Source: Ranitomeya imitator
Taxonomy: Eukaryota
Reading direction: 5' to 3'
Length of the DNA stretch: 64,000 nt
NCBI RefSeq assembly: GCF_032444005.1
Contig: NC_091284.1
Location: forward strand, 835,202,001-835,266,000
Part shown: positions 24,045 through 36,261 of the stretch, in pieces
Layout: the number at the start of each line of letters is the position of its first letter
Numbering within the stretch: position 1 is the first letter of the stretch
The notes under the pieces: model-generated
The model's database searches: none
Seen by the model: the letters and a program-made list of their open reading frames with translations, nothing else
Told to the model about the DNA's origin: nothing
Made by a program: the position numbers and the translations under genes

Positions 24045-27000
24045 CGCCTCACTCTATCTTGGTGCCTCCCCTTACCTCTAGGCTGGCGTCTCCCTTGGGT
24101 CTTCTCCCACCCCCTCATTCTCTGCGTCCCCCCTCAGGGCTCCCCCTCTATCTTGGTGTGCCCCCTTACCTCTAGGCTGGCATTTTCCTTGGGTCTTCTC
24201 CCCACCCCCCTCATTCTCTGCGTCCCCCCTCAGGGCTCCCCATCTATCTTGGTGTGCCCCCTTACCTCTAGGCTGGCGTCTCCCTTGGGTCTTCTCCCAC
24301 CCCCCTCATTCTCTGCGTCCCCCCTCTATCTTGGTGTCCCCCCCCCCCCCCCTTACCTCTAGGCTGGCGTCTCCCTTGGGTCTTCTCCCACCCCCCTCAT
24401 TCTCTGCGTCCCCCCTCTATCTTGGTGTCCCCCCCCCCCTTACCTCTAGGCTGGCGTCTCCCTTGGGTCTTCTCCCACCCCCCTCATTCTCTGCGGCCCC
24501 CCTCTATCTTGGTGTCCCCCCCCCCCCTTACCTCTAGGCTGGCGTCTCCCTTGGGTCTTCTCCCACCCCCCTCATTCTCTGCGTCCCCCCTCAGGGCTCC
24601 CCCTCTATCTTGGTGTCTCCCCCCCTCCCCCTTTCCTCTAGCCCGGCGTCTCCCTTGGGTCTCCTCCCCATCTCCCCCCCCCTCTCCTCATTCTCTGCAT
24701 CCCCCCTCAGGGCTCCCCCTTTATCTTGGTGTCCCTCTATCTTGGCGTCTCCATTGGGTCTTCTCCCACCCCCCTCATTCTCTGCGTCCCCCCTCTATCT
24801 TGGGGTCCCTCTATCCTGGCATCTCCCTTGGGTCTTCTCCCCCCCCCCCCCCCCCCTCATTCTCTGCGTCCCCCCTCAGGGCTCCCCCTCTATCTTGGTG
24901 TGCCCCCTTACCTCTAGGCTGGCATTTTCCTTGGGTCTTCTCCCCACCCCCCTCATTCTCTGCGTCCCCCCTCAGGGCTCCCCATCTATCTTGGTGTGCC
25001 CCCTTACCTCTAGGCTGGCGTCTCCCTTGGGTCTTCTCCCACCCCCCTCATTCTCTGCGTCCCCCCTCTATCTTGGTGTCCCCCCCCCTTACCTCTAGGC
25101 TGGCGTCTCCCTTGGGTCTTCTCCCACCCCCCTCATTCTCTGCGTCCCCCCTCTATCTTGGTGTCCCCCCCCCCCCCCCCTTACCTCTAGGCTGGCGTCT
25201 CCCTTGGGTCTTCTCCCACCCCCCTCATTCTCTGCGTCCCCCCTCTATCTTGGTGTCCCCCCCCCCTTACCTCTAGGCTGGCGTCTCCCTTGGGTCTTCT
25301 CCCACCCCCCTCATTCTCTGCGGCCCCCCTCTATCTTGGTGTCCCCCCCCCCCCCTTACCTCTAGGCTGGCGTCTCCCTTGGGTCTTCTCCCACCCCCCT
25401 CATTCTCTGCGTCCCCCCTCAGGGCTCCCCCTCTATCTTGGTGTCTCCCCCCCTCCCCCTTTCCTCTAGCCCGGCGTCTCCCTTGGGTCTCCTCCCCATC
25501 TCCCCCCCCCTCTCCTCATTCTCTGCATCCCCCCTCAGGGCTCCCCCTTTATCTTGGTGTCCCTCTATCTTGGCGTCTCCATTGGGTCTTCTCCCACCCC
25601 CCTCATTCTCTGCGTCCCCCCTCTATCTTGGGGTCCCTCTATCCTGGCATCTCCCTTGGGTCTTCTCCCCCCCCCCCCCCCCCTCATTCTCTGCGTCCCC
25701 CCTCAGGGCTCCCCCTCTATCTTGGTGTGCCCCCTTACCTCTAGGCTGGCATTTTCCTTGGGTCTTCTCCCCACCCCCCTCATTCTCTGCGTCCCCCCTC
25801 AGGGCTCCCCATCTATCTTGGTGTGCCCCCTTACCTCTAGGCTGGCGTCTCCCTTGGGTCTTCTCCCACCCCCCTCATTCTCTGCGTCCCCCCTCTATCT
25901 TGGTGTCCCCCCCCCTTACCTCTAGGCTGGCGTCTCCCTTGGGTCTTCTCCCACCCCCCTCATTCTCTGCGTCCCCCCTCTATCTTGGTGTCCCCCCCCC
26001 CCCCTTACCTCTAGGCTGGCGTCTCCCTTGGGTCTTCTCCCACCCCCCTCATTCTCTGCGTCCCCCCTCTATCTTGGTGTCCCCCCCCCCCTTACCTCTA
26101 GGCTGGCGTCTCCCTTGGGTCTTCTCCCACCCCCCTCATTCTCTGCGGCCCCCCTCTATCTTGGTGTCCCCCCCCCCCCCTTACCTCTAGGCTGGCGTCT
26201 CCCTTGGGTCTTCTCCCACCCCCCTCATTCTCTGCGTCCCCCCTCAGGGCTCCCCCTCTATCTTGGTGTCTCCCCCCCTCCCCCTTTCCTCTAGCCCGGC
26301 GTCTCCCTTGGGTCTCCTCCCCATCTCCCCCCCCCCTCTCCTCATTCTCTGCATCCCCCCTCAGGGCTCCCCCTTTATCTTGGTGTCCCTCTATCTTGGC
26401 GTCTCCATTGGGTCTTCTCCCACCCCCCTCATTCTCTGCGTCCCCCCTCTATCTTGGGGTCCCTCTATCCTGGCATCTCCCTTGGGTCTTCTCCCCCCCC
26501 CCCCCTCATTCTCTGCGTCCCCCCTCAGGGCTCCCCCTCTATCTTGGTGTGCCCCCTTACCTCTAGGCTGGCATTTTCCTTGGGTCTTCTCCCCACCCCC
26601 CTCATTCTCTGCGTCCCCCCTCAGGGCTCCCCATCTATCTTGGTGTGCCCCCTTACCTCTAGGCTGGCGTCTCCCTTGGGTCTTCTCCCACCCCCCTCAT
26701 TCTCTGCGTCCCCCCTCTATCTTGGTGTCCCCCCCCCCCTTACCTCTAGGCTGGCGTCTCCCTTGGGTCTTCTCCCACCCCCCTCATTCTCTGCGTCCCC
26801 CCTCTATCTTGGTGTCCCCCCCCCCCTTACCTCTAGGCTGGCGTCTCCCTTGGGTCTTCTCCCACCCCCCTCATTCTCTGCGTCCCCCCTCTATCTTGGT
26901 GTCCCCCCCCCCCCTTACCTCTAGGCTGGCGTCTCCCTTGGGTCTTCTCCCACCCCCCTCATTCTCTGCTTCCCCCCTCTATCTTGGAGTCCTCCTCCTT

Positions 27001-28000
27001 CCCTCTAGCCCGGCATCTCCCTTGGGTCTTCTCTCCACCCCCCTCATTCTCTGCGTCCCCCCTCAGGGCTCCCCCTCTATCTTGGTGTCCCTCTATCCTG
27101 GCGTCTCCCTTGGGTCTTCTCCCACCCCCCTCATTCTCTGCGTCCCCCCTCTATCTTGGGGTCCCTCTATCCTGGCATCTCCCTTGGGTCTTCTCCCACC
27201 CCCCCTCATTCTCTGCGTCCCCCCTCAGGGCTCCCCCTCTATCTTGGTGTGCCCCCTTACCTCTAGGCTGGCATCTCCCTTGGGTCTTCTCCCCACCCCC
27301 CTCATTCTCTGCGTCCCCCCTCAGGGCTCCCCCTCTATCTTGGTGTCTCCCCCCTTACCTCTAGGCTGGCATCTCCCTTGGGTCTTCTCCCACCCCCCCT
27401 CATTCTCTGCGTCCCCCCTCAGGGCTCCCCCTCTATCTTGGTGTGCCCCCTTACCTCTAGGCTGGCATCTCCCTTGGGTCTTCTCCCCACCCCCCTCATT
27501 CTCTGCGTCCCCCCTCAGGGCTCCCCCTCTATCTTGGTGTGCCCCCTTACCTCTAGGCTGGCATCTCCCTTGGGTCTTCTCCCACCCCCCTCATTCTCTG
27601 CGTCCCCCCTCTATCTTAGGGTCCCTCTATCCTGGCATCTCCCTTGGGTCTTCTCCCCCCCCCCCCCTCATTCTCTGCGTCCCCCCTCAGGGCTCCCCCT
27701 CTATCTTGGTGTCTCCCCCCCTTACCTCTAGGCTGGCGTCTCCCTTGGGTCTTCTCCCCCCCCCCCCTCATTCTCTGCGTCCCCCCTCAGGGCTCCCCCT
27801 CTATCTTGGTGTCTCCCCCCTTACCTCTAGGCTGGCGTCTCCCTTGGGTCTTCTCCCACCCCCCTCATTCTCTGCGACCCCCCTCTATCTTGGAGTCCTC
27901 CTCCTTCCCTCTAGCCCGGCATCTCCCTTGGGTCTTCTCCCACCCCCCTCATTCTCTGCGTTCCCCCTCGGGGCTCCCCCTCTATCTTGGAGTCCCCCTC
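24045..28000. repeat. C/T-rich compound minisatellite (~80-bp units) in LAMTOR1 intron 1 with ~826-bp higher-order repeat
   Basis: Variant block recurs at 24610, 25438 and 26263. Confidence 0.95.
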
Positions 28001-28427
28001 CCACCGGCAGCTATACACCCTGCCATTGCCCTTAGTACACACATCCGGTCATCGTTGCTCATATGGTTTTACAAGGAGCTGCATCCTGATCCTCAGCTGT
28101 TATCGTCTGTTGGGGTCTCAGTGGGGTGGGCTTTATATTTGTCCTCCTTGCCTGCTACAGGAGGGATTCTGACAGTTTAGTGTTACTTTTCCAGCAGGGT
28201 GCAGCCACCGCAGTCCGTGCATTAGGTGCTTTGTGTGAATCCTTCGGACGGTGGTGTTAGTGTTTTCACTTGTGATCGTCGTCCTCTGCTGCGTTTTAGT
28301 TCTGAGCTTTGGTGCGTCTGATTGTGAAATGACCACTAGGGGGCAGTGTGTGAGGAGTGAGCGGACGGCGCGATGTTGGTATTCTGATCACTGCGGCCTT
28401 TCATATTAGTTTTTTCTTCTTCTCTAG

Positions 28428-28576
28428 GACCAGGGAGAAAGGCAACACTTGTTACCCCCCAACGAGACCCTTCCCAACAGGACACCAAATGGATCTGAAC
28501 CCAATTCTACGAATAACCCGTCTGCCCGGACGGATGAACAGGCCCTGCTGTCCCATATCCTGGCGAGGACCGCGCA
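28428..28576 (+). CDS. LAMTOR1: LAMTOR1 coding exon 2
   Basis: tctctag acceptor; [49 protein letters not shown]; gtaagt donor; 149 nt. Confidence 0.95.
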
Positions 28577-28675
28577 GTAAGTGTGAGGGCAGTACTGTTC
28601 TACTCCTGTAGGGGGCAGGAGAGTTGCCCCATGACTGGCCGTGCTCGTTTATTAACCCTTCTCTCTTCTCCGCAG

Positions 28676-28753
28676 GAACATTATTGATGTGTCGGCTGTA
28701 GAGTCGCAGGGGATGGAGCAGCATGAATGTATGGACCGGGCCCGACAGTACAG
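28676..28753 (+). CDS. LAMTOR1: LAMTOR1 coding exon 3
   Basis: ccgcag acceptor; (Q)[25 protein letters not shown](S); gtgagc donor; 78 nt. Confidence 0.97.
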
Positions 28754-28973
28754 GTGAGCAGCCGGTGCGATCCGGGGGTGCACACGCTGTATGCAGACTA
28801 GTACAGACTCCTCGCCGCTATCTCGTCTTTCCTCTGTTTTGCTGCATTTCAAGATTTATATTGTTTCTTGGCTGTTTTCTGTAGATCGTTCTTTCCTTTT
28901 GTTACCCTGTCCTCCAGGTGTCAATGTTAGACTTGATTCTTCTGATGCTTTATCGTTCTCTTGTTTCCTTCAG

Positions 28974-29100
28974 CACAAAACTAGCTAAACTCAGCAGTAA
29001 CCTGACGCACTGGAGGAAGGTGCCCCCTCTGCCCTCGCTCACGGCCCAACCACACCAAATACTTGCCAGCGAACCAGTCCCTTATGCAGACATACAGCAG
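28974..29100 (+). CDS. LAMTOR1: LAMTOR1 coding exon 4
   Basis: ttcag acceptor; [42 protein letters not shown]; gtacgt donor; 127 nt. Confidence 0.97.
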
Positions 29101-29671
29101 GTACGTGCGCAACGCTCTACTGAATGTTTTGTATTCCTTTCATTATTTAGATCTCTGCTTGCTGTCGATGAATAGCAGGATGTGTTTACATGAAGAGGGT
29201 GTCCTTGATTAGAAGAACTAGCGCCACCCCTGACCAATGAGTTTGTGTATGGTATTACAACTCTGTCCTGTTAAAGTGAATGAAGATGAGCTGTAATCCC
29301 ACGCACGTCCCGTAGTTGTGGTGGCCCTAGCGCCGGCGTTTGTGGCCCTCCATCCTCTGTGTGACGGTCCTAGCGCCGGTATCTACTATGAAGTATAGAG
29401 CGGGCAGGTCTACACTATTTTGCAGTTACTTTACATGCATAAAAGCTTTTGGGGTCTGGTGTTTTTACATTGGGGAAGCCCCTTTTAACCATTGGATGAC
29501 TTGCATGGACGCTGCCCACGGGGTGTAACTCCTGTAACATGACCCCTCAGTACGGCGAGTGACGGTAGCATGCAGGACATGGAGTGCTGCTCCCCAAACA
29601 GCCCGAGGACCTGACATGGACGTTCTCCATAGGATGTGTCCCAATAAGTGAACATCTTCCTTGTTTTTCAG

Positions 29672-29764
29672 GTTTCAAAGACAGCAGCTTACGCCTTCAG
29701 TGCACTTTCACAGATCCGCGTGGACGCCAAGGAGGACCTGGTTGTACAGTTCGGGATTCCCTAG
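29672..29764 (+). CDS. LAMTOR1: LAMTOR1 coding exon 5 (terminal)
   Basis: tttttcag acceptor; [33 protein letters not shown]. Spliced CDS is 489 nt = 162 aa. Confidence 0.97.
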   Translation, partial: VSKTAAYAFSALSQIRVDAKEDLVVQFGIP

Positions 29765-30410
29765 TTTGTCTACCCCCTTCCTCCCCACCCCTCCTCATCA
29801 TATCTTGTCACCCCCCCCATCCCCCACCATACACCGCACTGACTCTTCACCCCTCTGCATTGTCTCATGCACTGGGCAGTACTGTATAAAGCTGCTGATG
29901 GAGCAGGCGGCAGGGCCTGATTAATTAACCCTTTCCTTTATACCTTCTGCCCCAACTAATTTTTAGTCACGGTTGCAGATTGATTTGTAAAATGAATGAT
30001 GTCATGTCTTCGACTGCACATCGGGACAAGTTTACCACTGTCACAAAGGGGTTAACAGCCCGTACAGGAGCCTGGGATTGCGGAGTCATAATCCTGTGAC
30101 TGGCCGTCATCACTCTGATCACTTCTCATTAACCCTTACTTCTCCGTGCACATATCTATCCAGGGACACTTATGTTGTGTGGCCTTTAAAGTCCATGAAG
30201 TACAGACTTTTATCCCCCTCCCCTGCGCCCAGCACAGGATATGATATCGGGCCAATATGGGATATTACAAGTGACTTATTTTCTAAAAAAAAAATCTGCG
30301 CTCGAATAATGCGTGACTCCAGCGCGCGGCCGGTGAGATGCCGGATGAGGAGACCGAATGGACTCAGATTCTTTTTCTTTCCTTCTATATCTAATTTCAG
30401 GCATAATTGT

Positions 30411-30416
30411 AATAAA
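30411..30416 (+). terminator. Probable LAMTOR1 polyadenylation signal
   Basis: First AATAAA I found after the stop, followed by U/GU-rich sequence at ~30450-30490. Confidence 0.5.
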
Positions 30417-31202
30417 TCAGCGTGAATCTGAGCAGTTTGGAATAATTGACGTTTGGCCCCTTTGTTCTTCCTTTTGTTTTTCTTTACTTTCTGACACTGT
30501 AGATTAAATGGTTTCCTCTGACTCTTCGTCTGCGGCTTCTTTGTAGTGATGGTTTTAGTTCTCTGTTTCGTATAACCTCCATCCTCTGAACCAGGATGTT
30601 TACCTGGGAAAAGGGTGAATTTTAGAGAACAGTGTGTGATACCCCTAATTTTACTGGAGCCCCCTTTGTTAAAAATGTATGACCCCCTGTGACAAAGCAT
30701 TTATTCTTAATAGACGTATTATTCAGTAGGTCCGGAGACGTGAGCCATTGTTCATATGGGCCTTAACGTTGACTCTTTTTGTATCACCCATGAAAATTTT
30801 GATAACCTGCATCTTTGTCCTCCAAGGTTAATTGAACAATCGATGCTTGTTAACCCCTTTACCACCCAGCCTGTTTTCACCTTTCTGGCCAGTCCTAGTT
30901 TTACAATTCTGACCACTATCATGTTATGTGGTAATCACTCTGGATCACTTCAACGGATCCCAGTGTTAGAGATTTTGTTTTGTGACATATCGTACTTCAT
31001 GTTAGTGGTAAAATTTGTTCGGTATCTACGTTACATAAACACAATTTTGAAAATATATATATATTTTTTTTTTGTTAGGAAGTTATATGGGTTAACCCTT
31101 TAATGGCGCCAATATGTCTTTTTTTTTTTTTTTACTGACCTGCGATATAAGAAAATAGCATCCCCATTAATGGAATGTGGAAGGAAGAAAAATGAACATT
31201 AA

Positions 31203-31529
31203 GGGTATGTGCACACGTTCAGGTTTTTTCGTGATAAAAATGCTATAAAAACGCATAAAAAAAATGCATATGTAGGCTATCATTTAGAATGCATTCTGCA
31301 ATTTTTGTGCACGTGTCTTTTTCCGCAAAAGAAAACCGCATCGCGGTAAAAAAAAGCAGCATGTTCATTAATTTTGCGGATTTTTTGCGTTTTTCCCACT
31401 ATGTAATGCAATAAGAAAACGCGTCAAACACATAAAAAACGTGAAAAAACTACATGCGGATTTCTGTCAGAAATGTCCGGTTTTTGTCAGGAAGGTTCTG
31501 CTAGAAAATACTGACGTGTGCACATACCC
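31203..31529. mobile_element. MITE (GGGTATGTGCACACGT TIR family)
   Basis: TIRs GGGTATGTGCACACGT...ACGTGTGCACATACCC flanked by TTAA on both sides. Confidence 0.85.
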
Positions 31530-33160
31530 TTAACCTTTTATTTTTTTACAAATTTTACTTTAGAATTTTTATTTTTTATTTTTTTTTTTTGCAAGGATTA
31601 CCAGGAGAGAATAAACCTCAAAATTTGTTGTGCAATTTCTTCTGAGTACACAGATACCACACATGTCGAGGAAAACTACTGTTTGGGTGCACGGCAGTTC
31701 TCTGAAAGGAAGGAATTACATTTTGGAGCGCAGAGTTTGATGGAATGGTCTGTGGATGTCATTTTGCTTTTGGACAAGCCCCACAAGTGACCCCATTGTG
31801 GTGAGCACCTCGAACCTCCAGGTGCTTCACAGAACTTAACATTTATTCCTCACACCTCACAAAAAAATGCTTTAGTCCCAAATCTTTTCATTTTCAGAAG
31901 GACCGCAGAAGAAAATGGACCTCAAAGTTGTGCAATTTGTTCTGAGTACACATGTGGTTGACACCTACTTTTGAGGCACAGTGCAAAGCTCAGAAGGGAA
32001 CAATACTGGAGTTCAGATTTTACTGCTATAGTTTGAGGGTGCCATGTCACATTGGCAGATCCCCCCGCCCATAAGATTTTCCTCAAATAGTTTGCAGACG
32101 CCATATACAGAGCTCCTAAGTGCTAGAAAAGCAAAATTCCCCCCTCAAGTGATCACATTTTGGAAGCTATAACCCTTTGGGAATTAATCTACAGATGTTG
32201 TGACTATTTTGACTCCATGGATGTTTTCCAGAAACAAGCAGCAGTGGATGTTGCTGATTGAAAATTGCAAACTGCTGTTGTAGTGACCAGTACGCTGTAG
32301 TGACTGGTACATTATGCCCAGCTGGTGATTCTGGAGACATGCACCTGTAAATTAGGGGGGCTCTCATCGCTTCAGAAGTGTCAAACGTGTGGGCACTATA
32401 TGTGGTTTAGGCACACTGGGGCCCAGAACGGAGGGGGCATTTGGATTTCAGAGCGGATAATTTGCTGAATTTCTTTGGCGGGGTGAGGAACCATTTCACT
32501 TTTCCAGAGCCTTTGTGCTACCAGTAACGCGGAAGCCCCCTATATTTCCATGAACAGATGACAGACCTGAGTGGGGACTTGCTTTTTCTTTTCGCCACGA
32601 CAGTACCCACGAGAGAGGGAATTCGCCCCTAGGAACAGAAAACCCTATGGAGAGATAAAAGGGGCGGTCCCCCTCGCTCCCACAGTTGGTTTCCTGTTCC
32701 TAAGGGAACCCATGGAGAAGAGGATACCTGGCCTGGACGCCGCTTGCGCAGCTTACCTGAGAGGATGGCAGGGGCTCCAGTGCTGGAAGCAGCGTCGGGG
32801 GTCCTGGTGTCAGCTTCCCCCCCTCTGCTGGCAGGCACCGTGAGGACCAGGATTGGTGAGTCGCCTGGCTCACGGAGGAAGAGGACGCATAAGCAGGCAA
32901 AAACGCACCTGGGTAAGTGCGATGCCGCTCTCGGCGGTACACGTGAGTGTGGAGCCTGGTATTTACTCCCCCGAAAGTGAAGCAAAAGCTTCCGGGGTGA
33001 GTGAAGGGGAGAGATGGCAATACGCAGGTACACGCAAGATGGCCACGACCTGGAAGTGATGAACACTTCCGGGTACAACAGGAAGAAGATGGCGGCCCCC
33101 AGTCTTAAAGGACGCCAGCGCTGATCCCCCGGCGTTCAAGCATGGCATCGCCATCGAAGG

Positions 33161-34730
33161 CAGGTTTAAGCTCAGGTAATACCGCCAAATGGTGCACAGA
33201 TTTACACTCACGCAAGCGTCGACCGATCTGAATGGCCAAAGACATAGACTCATTCAGACCAGCAGGCATAGGAAATCCCACCATGACATCTTTAAGGGCT
33301 TCAGAGAGACCCTTTCTGAACAAAGCTGCCAGCGCAGATTCATTCCATAGAGTGAGTACGGACCACTTTCTAAATTTCTGACAATATACCTCTATCTCAT
33401 CCTGACCCTGACAAAGAGCCAGCAAATTTTTCTCTGCCTGATCCACTGAATTAGGTTCATCGTACAGCAATCCGAGCGCCAGGAAAAACGCATCGATATT
33501 ACTCAATGCAGGATCTCCTGGCGCAAGAGAAAATGCCCAGTCCTGAGGGTCGCCGCGCAAAAAAGAAATAACAATCAAAACCTGTTGAACTGGATCACCA
33601 GAGGAGCGAGGTTTCAAGGCCAGAAATAATTTGCAATTATTTTTGAAACTCAGAAACTTAGTTCTATCTCCAAAAAACAAATCAGGAATAGGAATTCTTG
33701 GTTCCAACATAGGTTTCTGATCAATAGTGTCTTGAATCTTTTGTACTCTTGCCGAGAGCTGATCCACAAATGAAGACAGACTTCTAATGTCCATCGCTAC
33801 ACCTGTGTACTGAACCACCCAAATGTCTAGGGGGAAAAAAAGGCAAAACACAGTGCAAAGAAAAAAAAAATGGTCTCAGAACTTCTTTTTTCCCTCTATT
33901 GAGAATCATTAGTACTTTTGGCTTCCTGTACTGTTATGAAAGGCAATTCAGTACTACAATGGACATAGCGGTCAGAGCACATACAGTGATCTGACAATAA
34001 CCCAAAATCATAGAACGAGCTCTGAGACGTGGGAACTCTGCAGACCGCAATCCCTAATCCTCTCCAAACAACACTAGAGGCAGCCGTGGATTGCGCCTAA
34101 CTCTGCCTATGCAACTCGGCACAGCCTGAGAAACTAACTAGCCTGAAGACAGAAAATAAGCCTACCTTGCCTCAGAGAAATACCCCAAAGGAAAAGGCAG
34201 CCCCCCACATATAATGACTGTGAGTAAGATGAAAAGACAAACGTAGAGATGAAATAGATTCAGCAAAGTGAGGCCCGACTTTCTTAACAGATCGAGGATA
34301 GAAAAGGTAACTTTGCGGTCTACACAAAACCCTAAAGAAAACCACGCAAAGGGGGCAAAAAGACCCTCCGTACTGAACTAACGGCACGGAGGTACACCGT
34401 TTGCGTCCCAGAGCTTCCAGCAACAAATTAGACAAGCTGGACAGAAAAAATAGCAAACAAATAGCAAAGAAGAACTTAGCTATGCAGAGCAGCAGGCCAC
34501 AGGAATGATCCAGGGAAAAGCAAGTCCAACACTGGAACATTGACAGGAAGCATGAATCAAAGCATTAGGTGGAGTTAAGTAGAGAAGCACCTAACGACCT
34601 CACCAGATCAAAGGGAGGAAACTCAGAAGCCGCAGTACCACTTCCCTCCACCAACAGAAGCTCACAGAGAGAATCAGCCGAAGTACCACTTGTGACCACA
34701 GGAGGGAGCTCTGCCACAGAATTCACAACA
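33161..34730 (-). mobile_element. Truncated Gypsy (Sushi-like) element: 5' LTR (34730-33932), PBS and partial gag
   Basis: LTR TGTTG...TAACA. Gag nearly identical to the 37185 ORF, breaking after LPELKP. Confidence 0.93.
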
Positions 34731-35405
34731 GTATCCCACCCTATTAAGCTGATTATTGCCCCCTCTTTTCTCTATGCACCCTAGGCAAAGAGATCCGAAA
34801 AATCAAAGCACAAACTGTGTGCCTTCTGTACCCAGCCCCTCCTGAATAATCCTACAAAGAGAATGTTATATTTGTATTGAAACCACCTTACGTGAGGAAG
34901 CCTCAGTAAGATCAGATGACATCAGGCAGATGATCAGGGACGAATTACGGGCCTTACGTAGTTCAGACAGTATTCCTGAAGGTGAAAGCAGGAAGGAAAA
35001 TTCACCACAATCAGACTGTTCTACTGATAATGAAGATACGGATATTTCCTCGGAAGGTGAACAAGATACGTGCTTTCCAACAGAGAGCATTGGTAATCTT
35101 GTTAGATCTGTCTGTGACACCATGGGTATTAAGGACTCCAAAGACCCCAAAACACCACAGGATATAATGTTCGCAGGATTGTCAGAAAAGAAAAGACCTA
35201 CCTTTCCCGTAATAACAGCAGTCAAAAATTTAGTTAAAAAAGAATGGGAGAGCCAAGGGCAAAAAGGGGTGCCTTCATCATCAAAGAGGCGTTATCCCTT
35301 TAAGGACGAGGACATGTCTACTTGGGCTAAAGCCTCAAAGGTAGACATGGCAGTAGCGTCAACGTCCAAAAAATCCTTCCAGTAGAGGATTGTGGTTCCC
35401 CACAA

Positions 35406-35567
35406 CAGTGGTCCCCAACTCCAGTCCTCAAGGCCCACCAACATGTCATGTTTTCAGGATTTCCTTAGTCTTGCCCAGGTAATAATTGCATCACCTGTGC
35501 AATGCAAAGGAAATCCTGAAAACATGACCTGTTGGTGGGCCTTGAGGACTGGAGTTGGGGACCCCTG
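35406..35567. mobile_element. hAT-like palindromic MITE
   Basis: CAGTGGTCCCCAACTCCAGTCCTCAAGG...CCTTGAGGACTGGAGTTGGGGACCCCTG. 8-bp TSD CCCCACAA/CCCTACAA (7/8 match). Confidence 0.85.
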
Positions 35568-35701
35568 CCCTACAAGACCCACTGGATCGCAAAGCCGACT
35601 CTGTGATAGAACAGGCATGGGAATCATGTACAGGGGCATTTAAACGGGCTATATCAGCTACGTGTACAGCAAGGTCTATGTTAGTCTGGCTTAATGACTT
35701 A

Positions 35702-36049
35702 GGGTATGTGCACACGTAGAAAGCTCCTCTGCGGATTTGATAAATCCGCAGTGCAAAACCGCTGCGGTTTTTCCTGTGGATTTATCGCGTTTTCTATTGT
35801 GGATTCCGTTGCGGATTTACATCTGCAGTTTTCTATTGGAGCAGGTGTAAAAACGCGGATTCCGCACAAAGAATTCACATGCTGCGGAAAATAAAACGCA
35901 TTTCTGCTCGTTTTTTTCCGCAGCATGTGCACTGCGGATTTCTTTTCCCATAGGTTTACATTGTACTGTAAACTCATGGGAAACTGCTGCGGATCCGCAG
36001 CTGCGGAAACGCGGATCCGCAGCAAAATCCGCATCATGTGCACATACCC
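35702..36049. mobile_element. Harbinger-like MITE
   Basis: GGGTATGTGCAC...GTGCACATACCC with 3-bp TSD TTA. Removing it restores the host frame N-D-L-E-E. Confidence 0.88.
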
Positions 36050-36261
36050 TTAGAGGAAGGTCTAAAAGGCGGCCTCTCCAGAGATAAGTTAATCTCTTCT
36101 TTACCCCTGATCAGAGGCGCTACAGCATTTCTGGCGGATTCATCTGCGGACTCAATTCGGATAGCAGCCAAATCATCAGGCCTAACCAACGCGGCTCGTC
36201 GGGCCCTTTGGCCAAAGGGTTGGAAAGGAGACGCCCAAACAAAATCAGTTATGTGGCCTTC

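Noticed and set aside
28357-28611. ORF-track frame implying a LAMTOR1 exon 2 frameshift
   Set aside because: Counting from the acceptor at 28428 gives an uninterrupted in-frame exon. The listed ORF is another frame.
34731-34745. PPT-like flank (GGGTGGGATAC) upstream of the minus-strand LTR, suggesting a tandem element
   Set aside because: No pol or chromodomain sequence beyond it, and the flank continues as DIRS sequence. Probably coincidental.
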